From Bdellovibrionales bacterium (lineage in GTDB: Bacteria > Bdellovibrionota > Bdellovibrionia > Bdellovibrionales > UBA1609), in NCBI GenBank assembly GCA_022450595.1, contig JAKUPT010000005.1:3849-67848 (forward strand): DNA of 64,000 bases. The letters are read 5' to 3'. The position numbers and the translations under genes are program-made. Shown here in pieces: positions 1 to 9,252 of this stretch. Under the pieces are notes generated by a model that saw nothing but the letters and a program-made list of their open reading frames with translations, was not told the origin of the DNA and made no database searches. Numbering within the stretch: the stretch's first letter is position 1; the number at the start of each line of letters is the position of its first letter.

Positions 1-425
1 TTTTTACTGCTTTCATCACTATGCTTTAAAAATCTTATTTGCTTAAGTGTGTCTCTAACAAGAAGCGCACAACCATGTTGAATTAAAAAGACACGATCAG
101 ATAAAGAAGTGACATAATCAGGGTCCCTTCTTTTCATAATTCCTCTTAATTCAAAAACTTCATAATATGTTTTTTCAAGTAGTTTTTTTACACTGACATA
201 AAAAGAGTCAGAGAAATGACTCATCTCTTCATTTTCAACCACGTAATTTACGCGCTTTTCATACTCTTTCGCAAACCACTCTTCACGCTTGACGGTGAAC
301 CATATCACTAGCCTCATTACAAGACCTAGTCCGAAAACAAAACACATAAATGGAATCATTGTATCTGCTGCATATGTTGACAGCCCAGAAACAAAGTTTT
401 TTACCATTAATTGGAAGCCTTCCAT
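1..425 (-). CDS. membrane protein, truncated by window edge (hypothetical; possible channel partner of the upstream MotB-like gene)
   Basis: Hand translation of the minus strand from ATG 425-423 gives MEGFQLMVKNFVSGLSTYAADTMIPFMCFVFGLGLVMRLVIWFTVKREEWFAKEYEK..., open to position 1. It has one clear TM helix and starts 10 nt after the stop of 436..2229. It is absent from the ORF track because it runs off the window. Confidence 0.5.
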   Translation of the reverse strand, partial: MEGFQLMVKNFVSGLSTYAADTMIPFMCFVFGLGLVMRLVIWFTVKREEWFAKEYEKRVNYVVENEEMSHFSDSFYVSVKKLLEKTYYEVFELRGIMKRRDPDYVTSLSDRVFLIQHGCALLVRDTLKQIRFLKHSDESSK

Positions 426-435
426 TTTTACACCC

Positions 436-2229
436 CTACCTATTGTTTAAATTAAACTTAATAATAACTTTTTGTAGATCTTTACAGTCTTTTTCTTTAC
501 AAGTAATTTGCTCTTCAGAGGACGGATTTCTATTTCCACCACCAAAATAACCAGCCCCAGAAACTTTAACCATCGACAATAACTTTTTTTGATGGTCATA
601 ATCTAAGTCTTTATCGTAAAACATATAGTTAAATATAGATTTGGCTCGGTTATAACTAAGATCTAAGTTATAGCTGACGGCTTTTTTATCTTTTTTGCTC
701 AAACTGTTTGGATTAACTACTTTTCCTTTAAAGGTCGGCGAAGCAAATCCTACAATTTGAACATCTTCAATTCTTCTACTTATATCTTTATCTTCAAACA
801 AACTTTGAGCATAGAGAGGAATAAAATCTTTTAGGATTTCTTTCATCTTAGGTTTTAATGAGTGTCTACCCGTTTCAAAATATTCATCTCCAAAACTTAA
901 TACCACTTCCCCAGTGTTTTCATCCACATTCATTTTAATTCCGGCTTTAGCAAATTTTGTTTTAATTTTCTTAGCAAGTTGTTTTCTTGCGTTCTCTCGA
1001 GCTTCAGCCTTCTTCAAATCTTTTTGAAGACCTGATATTTTTTGATTATATTGTTTAGAAGTATTTTTAAGTTTTTTAGCTAACTGTTGTTGCTGCTTTT
1101 TATACTCGTCATTAGCTTGTTTGAGTTTTTTCTTTAATAGGCCTTGTTGTTTGGCATACTTTTTCTTCAATTGCTCTGTCTGTTGACTTAAAGAGTTTGC
1201 CAGTTGTTTTTTCTCGTTTTCAAAGGAATTCATAATTTGTTGTTTTTCTTTTTGATATTTAGAAATTAACTGGGACTTTTCCTGATTGAACTGTTCTTTG
1301 AGTTCTGATTTTTCCATTTGAAAAGCTTGAGCTAAACGTTGCTTTTCTTGATCCTTCATTTGTATTACTTGCTGAGCTTGAGTGATTTTACTTTGTGCTG
1401 AATTCAATTGATTATTAATTCTTTTAAGTCTTTTTTCAGCAACAGTATTTTGTGTTTTTAAGTCATCTATCTTTTTCTCAGACTCTATTTGAAGTGACCT
1501 AATTTCATCCATAGCTTGCTGATAAGCAATTCTTTTATTTTTATATGATTTATTCAATTCTGCAATTTTTTGATCCATTTGATCTTTAATTGATTTCATT
1601 CTCTGTTTGTTTTTTTGAATTTCTTGAACTTTACTTGTTATAGCACCTTCAAGCTTTGAGACTTTTTGATTCTGTTGTTGAATAATGTTTTCATTTTTTT
1701 CAATCTCTTGTACTTTTTGTTTAATGATGTCTTGTTTCTCAGCAATAGTTCTGTTTTTTTCAGTAATTTTATCATCACGCTGATTCAGTCGATCTTTTGA
1801 TAAAATATTAGCCGTGATCACATTTTTAATCATTCTTTGGTAATGATTAAGAGCTTGTTCTTTTTGCCTTTGTTCTGCCGCTTGACGTTCAAACTCTTGT
1901 TTTGCTTCTTTAGCTTCCGTTTCAAGCAAACTTAAATGACTCATGAGTTTTTGATACTCTTGCCTTTCTTTTTCAGGGGCTTCATTAACTAAATAATCAT
2001 CTTTAAGAGTTTCTTGAACTCTTTGCTCTTCTTTAAGGGCTTCGATTTCTTTTGTAAGACGAATAATCTCTTCATTCTTTTGAAGCTGACTGGTCCCAGT
2101 TTTAATACTGGAGGTCACATAGAGCATTAAAAATACAAAGGCCAAAACCATAAATAGATCAGAATATGAGGTCCATTCATTACCCTTAGACTCTTCACTA
2201 CTTTTTATTTTTTCATAATCAAGACTCAT
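436..2229 (-). CDS. MotB/OmpA-family peptidoglycan-anchored protein with a very long central coiled coil
   Basis: 597-aa ORF. N-terminal TM 'WTSYSDLFMVLAFVFLMLYV' carries a MotB-like Asp at aa 24. Residues ~45-440 are Q/K/E-rich and heptad-like. C-terminus is OmpA_C-like: 'VQIVGFASPTFKG...SYNLDLSYNRAKSIFNYM'. Confidence 0.85.
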   Translation of the reverse strand: MSLDYEKIKSSEESKGNEWTSYSDLFMVLAFVFLMLYVTSSIKTGTSQLQKNEEIIRLTKEIEALKEEQRVQETLKDDYLVNEAPEKERQEYQKLMSHLSLLETEAKEAKQEFERQAAEQRQKEQALNHYQRMIKNVITANILSKDRLNQRDDKITEKNRTIAEKQDIIKQKVQEIEKNENIIQQQNQKVSKLEGAITSKVQEIQKNKQRMKSIKDQMDQKIAELNKSYKNKRIAYQQAMDEIRSLQIESEKKIDDLKTQNTVAEKRLKRINNQLNSAQSKITQAQQVIQMKDQEKQRLAQAFQMEKSELKEQFNQEKSQLISKYQKEKQQIMNSFENEKKQLANSLSQQTEQLKKKYAKQQGLLKKKLKQANDEYKKQQQQLAKKLKNTSKQYNQKISGLQKDLKKAEARENARKQLAKKIKTKFAKAGIKMNVDENTGEVVLSFGDEYFETGRHSLKPKMKEILKDFIPLYAQSLFEDKDISRRIEDVQIVGFASPTFKGKVVNPNSLSKKDKKAVSYNLDLSYNRAKSIFNYMFYDKDLDYDHQKKLLSMVKVSGAGYFGGGNRNPSSEEQITCKEKDCKDLQKVIIKFNLNNR

Positions 2230-2450
2230 TATTACACCCTAATGCATTGATGTTGATACAGACCCTATCGGGGCAATTTAACCTTCTCTTAACTGAGACT
2301 AAGGACTTATTTAATTATGACCTTTATCTAGATGTGTATTGAATAATAACGACTTCTTTATTCAAGATTCACTCACATATACAATACATATAGTTTATAT
2401 AACGAACCCAAGACTTAAGTATTAACAAATAAACCTTTAGGCTTTTTAAA

Positions 2451-4226
2451 TTGGCTGAATCAAATGTTAGATCATTAATTAAAAACCTAGATTTCTTTAA
2501 ACACTTTCCAGATCACCTACTTGATGAAATCAGTAAGATCTCGAGTTTAAAGAAGTTTGAAATGGGATCTGAGATCCTTAAGCAAGGTCAAAGCAATCAA
2601 AACTTATATTTTTTATTAAAAGGTAGCGTTTCTGTCGTTGTTGATGAGGGTATTGTTGCCAATTTAAATAAAACAGGAGATCTGCTTGGAGAAATGAGTG
2701 TGATCTCCAACAAACCTTGTGCTGCCACAATTCTTGCCAATAATGAAGTGGAAGTACTAGAGCTTGAGGTTGAGAAGGTTAATAATATCCCTAATGTTAA
2801 CATTGATCAGATTCAACACTCCCTATTCAGAATCTACTCAAATATTTTAACTGAGAAGTTAAGGCTTACTAATCAAAAAGCTAAGCATTTTGAAGATTTA
2901 AGCACTGATTTAGAAAACGCCAAACAAAATTTAGTTTTAATGAATAAAAACTTAGAAAAGAAAGTGGAAGAGCGCACACAAGATTTAAAAGAAAAAAACC
3001 TACAACTTTTAGAGTCTTTCCAAGTTCTAGAAAATAAAAATACTGAATTAAATGCCAGCTATATAAAACTAGAAGAGTTAATTCGATCTAGAGACTTGAC
3101 CTTTCAAATGCTAGATGAGCTTTATCAAAGCCACCTTATTCCTCTTCAAAAAGAAATGAAACAGTATAAAGAGTCAGCGGCAAGTGCTGATAAAGAGCTC
3201 ATTGACAGCATGGATAAAGAAGTTATTGGTTTAATTAACCACATGGCCTTTATCTCCACGCAATTTTCATCTGAAAGAAAGCTTAAAGACCGAAAAGTCC
3301 TAGTTGTGGACACCATTCGCAAACAACAGATTATTGCAAAAATGGCCCTTGGAGGCACAGGCGTAAGCTTAGACGTAGCCTCCAACTCGGACGAGGCTCA
3401 TAAACTCCTGGTCAATGAAAAATACGATGTGATTTTTGTTGATAGTGAAAACTTAAGTCTTGCAGAACTCATTCATCAAAGCTCGCCAAATACTCAATGT
3501 GTTTATGTCACCTCAGAACCCATTGATAAGTACCTTGGGAATTTAAAGAAGATTCAGACAAAGCCACATATTATATCAAGAGACGACGACGACAGAGCTT
3601 TTACTGTTAAAAACTTTATGACCTCTATTACAAAATTAATTAATAAAAACATTTTTGGCTTAGATAAATACTTTGCCTGGGGAACAACTTTTAATGAACT
3701 AAAGGTTACAAACAGCTCTCATCGACAGCAACTCATAGAGTCTATGATAAGTTACTTTCAAGAACTGGGTGTTCGAAAATCTAATCTCTCACGTGTGCAA
3801 ACGGTTTGTGAAGAGATGCTCATGAATGCCATCTACGATGCTCCTGTAGACAAAAAAACTGGAAAGTCCAAGTATAACCACCTGTCTCGCCTTGAAACTG
3901 TAGAACTTAATCCGGATGAACAGTCTGTTTTAAGGTTTGCCTCGGATGGCCTGTTGATGGGTGTATCTGTAGAAGATCCTTTTGGTGGACTCACTATAGA
4001 TACACTTCTCACTTACTTGGAGAGCTGCTATGTGGGAGAAGCTGGGAAATTGAACCAAGAAAAAGGTGGAGCCGGTCGAGGGCTTCACCAAATTATTGAG
4101 AATTCTGACTTAGTTATATTTAATGTACTACCCAAAAAACGTACAGAGGTTATAGCCTTATTTCATGCAGACCTAAAAACCGTCAATCAACAGTACCCAA
4201 GTTTCCACTTTTTTACTGGTAGCTAA
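2451..4226 (+). CDS. multidomain signalling protein: cNMP-binding-like domain + coiled coil + receiver-like domain + RsbW/SpoIIAB-like HATPase domain
   Basis: 591-aa ORF with a TTG start. N-terminus 'FFKHFPDHLLDEISK...LKGSVSVVV...GDLLGEMSVISNKPCAATILA' has the cNMP-binding fold pattern. 'RKVLVVDT...YDVIFVDSEN' is REC-like. C-terminal 'EEMLMNAIYDAP...GGAGRGLHQI' is HATPase-like. Confidence 0.8.
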   Translation: MAESNVRSLIKNLDFFKHFPDHLLDEISKISSLKKFEMGSEILKQGQSNQNLYFLLKGSVSVVVDEGIVANLNKTGDLLGEMSVISNKPCAATILANNEVEVLELEVEKVNNIPNVNIDQIQHSLFRIYSNILTEKLRLTNQKAKHFEDLSTDLENAKQNLVLMNKNLEKKVEERTQDLKEKNLQLLESFQVLENKNTELNASYIKLEELIRSRDLTFQMLDELYQSHLIPLQKEMKQYKESAASADKELIDSMDKEVIGLINHMAFISTQFSSERKLKDRKVLVVDTIRKQQIIAKMALGGTGVSLDVASNSDEAHKLLVNEKYDVIFVDSENLSLAELIHQSSPNTQCVYVTSEPIDKYLGNLKKIQTKPHIISRDDDDRAFTVKNFMTSITKLINKNIFGLDKYFAWGTTFNELKVTNSSHRQQLIESMISYFQELGVRKSNLSRVQTVCEEMLMNAIYDAPVDKKTGKSKYNHLSRLETVELNPDEQSVLRFASDGLLMGVSVEDPFGGLTIDTLLTYLESCYVGEAGKLNQEKGGAGRGLHQIIENSDLVIFNVLPKKRTEVIALFHADLKTVNQQYPSFHFFTGS

Positions 4227-5767
4227 GACTTACCTTTCCATTCGATGGAATATAAATCATGGTTACGATCTTTTAAGTTCTGAACGGTTCCGTTATTTCT
4301 TGCTTCCAATAAATTGTCCATTCTTAGATCCGCAAAAGCCACAGCCTCAACATTGGGAGAAGTGTCAGCTGCGATACCGTCTCTTGCAAATGGAAAATCA
4401 CAAGGAGTTAAAATACAACTTTGAGCGTATTGAATGTCTAGATTTTGCACTCGAGGTAAGTTGCCCACATTACCGGACATCACCACATAAATTTGATTTT
4501 CTACAGCTCTGGCCTGACAGCAATAACGCACTCTTAGGTAAGACTGTCTTTCATCAGTTAAAAATGGAACAAATAAAATTTGAACCCCTTGGTTGACAAG
4601 ATGTCGACTGAGTTCAGGGAATTCACTGTCATAACAAATTAAAACACCAATAGGACCACAATCTGTATTAATAACATTTAATTTTTCATCACCAGAAATA
4701 TTCCACCAGTAGCGCTCGTTGGGCGTGGGGTGAATTTTTGGCTGTTCGTGCATCTGACCATCGCGCAGGGAGACATAGGAAATGTTCTTTACCAAATCAC
4801 CCACCTTGGTTGGATGAGAGCCGCCGATGATGTTCACATTGTATCTTATGGATAGCCTGTGAAGCATGTCTTTAAACTGCTCGGTGTATTTTGTCATCAT
4901 CTCTATAGATTTATGAGGGGGCACTTTTGCATTTTCAATAGATAGAAGTTGCATAGTAAAAAGCTCTGGAAACACCACAAAGTCTGACTTATATGAAGAA
5001 GAGACATCTACAAAATACTCAACCATCTGCTCAAACTCTTCAAAACTTTTTATCCCACGCTGCTGATATTGAACTGTGGCCACTCGAACAATATTTTTAG
5101 CCAGCATATGGCCTTTGACTAAGTCTGTGGTTTTGTACTCTGGGTTGTTCCAAACCATTAAAACCGCATAGCCCTCACTGCCCTTGTCATCAGGCAAGTA
5201 TTGTTCAAACACATCTACAATTTCAAAGCCGTTTCGAATTTGAAACCCGAGTGTTGAGTCACGTAATTTTTTTTGCTGAACTTTTTCAACGTACTCGTGA
5301 ATGGTTTTAACCTGATTTTTTTTCTTGCGTTTAGCAAAGTTCGGGACTCTTCCAGCAAAAACAATACCTTTTAATCTTAAATAGCGTGCAAGCTGTTTAC
5401 GAGCGTTATAAAGTCTTTCTCCAATTTTATGACCTCGAATGTCTGGATCAACAAAGGTTTCATAACCATAAAGGTACTCTCCATCTTTTTCGTGAGTGGT
5501 GCCAAATCCGCCTCCAGTTATAGTATTCCAGGTGTGTGGTTTTAAAGCCTTTTTTTCATTGGTTCGAATACATGCCGAATAAGCCACAAGCTCACCATCC
5601 ACTTCAACAACAAAAGTTCCTTCATTGTAGTTGGTGATTTGCCCCAAAAGCACGGCTGGCCGATACGGCTTAAAACCAGGGTAAACTTTAAGACTTAGAT
5701 CAATAATTTTTGTAATATCATCCACATGTGCATTACGAACTACAATATTACTGGTTTTATCAGGCAT
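4223..5767 (-). CDS. bifunctional GNAT N-acetyltransferase / carbon-nitrogen hydrolase (nitrilase superfamily) protein
   Basis: 514-aa ORF. The N-terminal half is GNAT-like ('HKIGERLYNARKQLA'). The C-terminal half has CN-hydrolase motifs 'VVFPELF' and 'VLICYDSEFPE'. Its stop codon overlaps the stop of the convergent gene (4223-4226). Confidence 0.85.
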   Translation of the reverse strand: MPDKTSNIVVRNAHVDDITKIIDLSLKVYPGFKPYRPAVLLGQITNYNEGTFVVEVDGELVAYSACIRTNEKKALKPHTWNTITGGGFGTTHEKDGEYLYGYETFVDPDIRGHKIGERLYNARKQLARYLRLKGIVFAGRVPNFAKRKKKNQVKTIHEYVEKVQQKKLRDSTLGFQIRNGFEIVDVFEQYLPDDKGSEGYAVLMVWNNPEYKTTDLVKGHMLAKNIVRVATVQYQQRGIKSFEEFEQMVEYFVDVSSSYKSDFVVFPELFTMQLLSIENAKVPPHKSIEMMTKYTEQFKDMLHRLSIRYNVNIIGGSHPTKVGDLVKNISYVSLRDGQMHEQPKIHPTPNERYWWNISGDEKLNVINTDCGPIGVLICYDSEFPELSRHLVNQGVQILFVPFLTDERQSYLRVRYCCQARAVENQIYVVMSGNVGNLPRVQNLDIQYAQSCILTPCDFPFARDGIAADTSPNVEAVAFADLRMDNLLEARNNGTVQNLKDRNHDLYSIEWKGKS

Positions 5768-5820
5768 TGAATTAAGCTCCTTTTATTGTCAGAAATGCTT
5801 TTATGTTTATAGCATTTATT

Positions 5821-6267
5821 TTAGCTATTTTTAAGCTTTTGAATGATTTGGTCTAATTTTGAAAGAAATGTTGACCGATCTTTTTTGGTCATTGCACTAG
5901 GGCCGGTGTTTGTATGCCCTAAGTCTCTTAGATGTGAGCTCAGCTCCCTTGAGGCCAGAATAGAGCCAATATTTTCTTCATCCAACTCATTGCCCTTAGG
6001 CCCTAAAACTTTAGCATTTTTTTTGATACAACGATCGGCAAGCAACAAATCAGAAGTCACAAGAATATCTCCCTCATTAATTGCTTCTACAATCCAGTCA
6101 TCGGCAGCATCAAAATCACCTGAGACCACTTGCATTTGAATATCAATATCCATAGGGACGTTCATGTACTGATTGGCAACAACAAACACTTTTAAGCCGT
6201 ATCTTTTAGCCACTTTGTAAGTTTCATTTTTCACAGGACAGGCGTCTGCATCTATATAAATAATCAT
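5821..6267 (-). CDS. yaiI: YaiI/YqxD family protein (UPF0178/DUF188)
   Basis: 148 aa. N-terminal 'IIYIDADACPVK' and overall collinearity with the remembered E. coli YaiI sequence. Confidence 0.85.
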   Translation of the reverse strand: MIIYIDADACPVKNETYKVAKRYGLKVFVVANQYMNVPMDIDIQMQVVSGDFDAADDWIVEAINEGDILVTSDLLLADRCIKKNAKVLGPKGNELDEENIGSILASRELSSHLRDLGHTNTGPSAMTKKDRSTFLSKLDQIIQKLKNS

Positions 6268-6423
6268 TAAAATTCCTTAACACATTTAAGTCTACACATT
6301 AGCATAACTGACATTATATAAAAGCTGTTATTTTTGTCATATATATTACAGACTCTAAATATCAACTTGACCCTCTAACCGCCATAAGGTCTTTTACCAC
6401 TTTCAATAAAAAAATGGAGAAAT

Positions 6424-7917
6424 ATGCTTTTTAAATCAACTCGCCAAGATTGGTTTGGTAATATACGTGGAGATGTTCTATCAGGTCTTGTTGTCGCACT
6501 TGCTCTTATCCCTGAAGCCATTGCTTTTTCTGTTCTAGCCGAAGTAGACCCAAGAGTTGGACTCTATGCCTCGTTTTGTATCGCTGTGACCATAGCATTT
6601 ACTGGCGGCCGTCCGGGAATGGTCTCTGCAGCCACTGGAGCTATGGCTTTGTTAATGGTCACTTTGGTCCGAGAGCATGGATTACAATATCTACTGGTGG
6701 CCACCATACTAACGGGTGTTTTACAAATCCTTGCCGGTTATCTAAAGCTGGGGCAATTAATGAGTTTTGTTTCACAGTCTGTGGTGACAGGCTTTGTAAA
6801 TGCTCTTGCTATATTAATATTTTTAGCACAGCTGCCTGAGTTAACAAACGTGACCTGGCATGTTTATGCCATGGTGGCTTTTGGCTTATTTATAATTTAC
6901 TTGTTTCCATATGTGCCAAAAATTGGAAAAATCATCCCTTCTCCTTTGATCTGCATCGGAGTTTTAACGGCTTTATCTTTAGGCATGGGTCTTGAGATTC
7001 GAACGGTTGGTGACACAGGAAAGCTTCCAGACACACTACCTATATTTTTATGGCCTGAAGTGCCACTAAACTTTGAGACCTTAAAAATCATATTCCCCTA
7101 CTCGGCGGCCCTAACCATAGTTGGCCTGCTAGAATCTTTAATGACAGCAACCATTGTGGATGACCTCACCGATACTAAAAGTGATCGCAACAGAGAGTGT
7201 AAGGGCCAAGGGGTGAGCAACATCGTCGCGGGCCTTTTTGGCGGTATGGCCGGTTGTGCCATGATCGGCCAGTCTGTTATTAATATTAAATCTGGTGGAC
7301 GCGGAAGGCTCTCTACACTTTTAGCAGGGATTTACTTACTGATCATGGTGGTGTTTTTAAGTGATGGCATTTCATTAATTCCAATGGCAGCTTTGGTGGC
7401 TATAATGATTATGGTCTCAATAGGGACATTTAGTTGGGGCTCTATCAAGCGAGCTCCCAGCTACCCACTCTCTTCCAACATAGTGATGGTTGCCACAGTT
7501 GTGGTTGTGGTCTGGACTCACAACTTAGCCTATGGTGTTTTCGTAGGAGTACTTCTTGCCGCCTTATTTTTTGCCAATAAAATTAGTCATTTCATGTATA
7601 CTGAGACAGAGCTTGATAAAGACAGCTCTACAAGGACATACTATATCCACGGTCAGGTGTTTTTTAACTCCGCAGAAAAGTTTATCAACTTTTTTGATTT
7701 TAAAGAGGCCATGGATAAAGTGGTTATTAATTTAGACCGCGCTCACTTTTGGGATGTTTCAGCCGTTGCAGCCCTTGATAAGGTTGTCATCAAATTTCGA
7801 AGAGAGGGCACAGAAACAGAAATCATTGGGTTAAATAAAGCCAGCAAAACTATCATCGATCGTTTTGGAGTTTATGACAACCCTGAAGAAATTGACCGCA
7901 TACTTGGGGGACACTAA
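6424..7917 (+). CDS. SulP family inorganic anion transporter with C-terminal STAS domain
   Basis: 497 aa and polytopic. N-terminal '[28 protein letters not shown]' is SulP-like, with a soluble STAS-like tail. Confidence 0.9.
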   Translation: MLFKSTRQDWFGNIRGDVLSGLVVALALIPEAIAFSVLAEVDPRVGLYASFCIAVTIAFTGGRPGMVSAATGAMALLMVTLVREHGLQYLLVATILTGVLQILAGYLKLGQLMSFVSQSVVTGFVNALAILIFLAQLPELTNVTWHVYAMVAFGLFIIYLFPYVPKIGKIIPSPLICIGVLTALSLGMGLEIRTVGDTGKLPDTLPIFLWPEVPLNFETLKIIFPYSAALTIVGLLESLMTATIVDDLTDTKSDRNRECKGQGVSNIVAGLFGGMAGCAMIGQSVINIKSGGRGRLSTLLAGIYLLIMVVFLSDGISLIPMAALVAIMIMVSIGTFSWGSIKRAPSYPLSSNIVMVATVVVVVWTHNLAYGVFVGVLLAALFFANKISHFMYTETELDKDSSTRTYYIHGQVFFNSAEKFINFFDFKEAMDKVVINLDRAHFWDVSAVAALDKVVIKFRREGTETEIIGLNKASKTIIDRFGVYDNPEEIDRILGGH

Positions 7918-8783
7918 TGGATCAAAAAAAATATATCGTTGCTTGTATTAACGGCTTCCCCCCTAGTGAATCAGTGATTCAGTATGGAGCTTGGATTTCA
8001 AAACATTCAGATAAAGAACTGATGCTTTACCATTGTTTAGACCCTCAAAGAAAAGAAGCGGATATTGACATGTCTGGATCAATTGGCCTAGGTGCTAAAG
8101 AGGATTTATTAAAAGAAATAGTAGAGCTTGAGTTTGAACAAAATAAAATACTGCTAAAAAAAGCAAAACTAATTTTAGAGTCTGCAAAGCAACAGGTTTT
8201 AAATGCCGGAGCCAATGAGCCTAAAACCACAGTTGAGCACGGCAGACTGATTGAAAACTTATTAAGCTTTAAAGATGAAATTTCATTAGCAATTATTGGA
8301 CGCTATGGTCAACACCACCAAGAGGCTAATAAAAAAGGTGTTGTGGGTCATAATGTAGAAGGAGTGATCCGTTCACTGGAGCAGCCTGTATTAGTTGTTA
8401 GCAAAGAGTTCTCCCCACCTAAAAAAGCACTGATTGCCTTTGATGGCAGCAAAGCTTCTCTTAAGGCTCTCAACTTTATTTGTGAAAGACCCATTTTTAA
8501 AAATATTGAAATTGATGTGGTTTATGTGGGAGAGGACAATGAAAACTCACAAAGCCTTGTTAGTATGGCAAAAACTATGCTTACCGACAACAATGTGAAA
8601 AATAAAACAGTCATACTTAAGGGTGAACCAGAAAAAGCAATTTTAAACTATGCGGACAAAAACCAAATAGACTTTATCGCTATGGGCGCTTTTAGTCATA
8701 ATTGGATACATGATTTTATTATAGGCAGTTTTACTTCAAAAATGCTAACTCTTAACGACAAGCCCTTACTCTTGATTCGTTAA
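7917..8783 (+). CDS. universal stress protein (tandem Usp domains)
   Basis: 288 aa with two Usp-like halves; the second ends 'DFIAMGAFSHNWIHDFIIGSFTSKML'. Its ATG overlaps the SulP stop by 1 nt (TAATG). Confidence 0.8.
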   Translation: MDQKKYIVACINGFPPSESVIQYGAWISKHSDKELMLYHCLDPQRKEADIDMSGSIGLGAKEDLLKEIVELEFEQNKILLKKAKLILESAKQQVLNAGANEPKTTVEHGRLIENLLSFKDEISLAIIGRYGQHHQEANKKGVVGHNVEGVIRSLEQPVLVVSKEFSPPKKALIAFDGSKASLKALNFICERPIFKNIEIDVVYVGEDNENSQSLVSMAKTMLTDNNVKNKTVILKGEPEKAILNYADKNQIDFIAMGAFSHNWIHDFIIGSFTSKMLTLNDKPLLLIR

Positions 8784-8893
8784 TGTGTAAAAAATTAAAA
8801 CTTATCTACACATATTAAATGCACAAATGTTAAACGAGCTATAAATGCTTTGTTAAATTTGACCATTTTAAATCTATTCGTTAGCTTCAACCT

Positions 8894-9244
8894 ATGAAGT
8901 TAATAGTTTTTATTTTATTTTTAAACCCGCTTTTAGCTATGGAAAAAATTAAAAAGTTTAAATGGAATTCTCGATTGATAGTTGTTTCTGAAAACAACAC
9001 GCAGGCATTAAATTATTTTGATAATATTAAATCACAATATTCTAAGGGCTGGAATGAACGACAACTAAAAGTAGTGCCTGTATCTTCTAATCAATTTTTT
9101 AAAAAATATCATCAAAACTCATTTGCCGCTCTTGTTGGTCTAGATGGAACAACAAAGTCTGTATATAAATCCCCTCCAAACATCGAAACTATCTTTCAAA
9201 CTATTGATGCAATGCCAATGAGAAGACAAGAACTTAAAAAATAG
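8894..9244 (+). CDS. secreted DUF4174-like protein
   Basis: 116 aa with a signal peptide. The pattern 'FKWNSRLIVVS...WNERQLKVVPV' resembles DUF4174. Confidence 0.55.
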   Translation: MKLIVFILFLNPLLAMEKIKKFKWNSRLIVVSENNTQALNYFDNIKSQYSKGWNERQLKVVPVSSNQFFKKYHQNSFAALVGLDGTTKSVYKSPPNIETIFQTIDAMPMRRQELKK

Positions 9245-9252
9245 GAGAGTTT

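Noticed and set aside
350-550. 66-aa plus-strand ORF spanning the junction of two minus-strand genes
   Set aside because: It overlaps both well-supported minus-strand ORFs, and has no RBS and no recognisable features.
6576-7091. 87-aa (+) and 64-aa (-) ORFs inside the SulP transporter gene
   Set aside because: They are off-frame or antisense within a long, clearly polytopic transporter ORF, and have no independent start signals.
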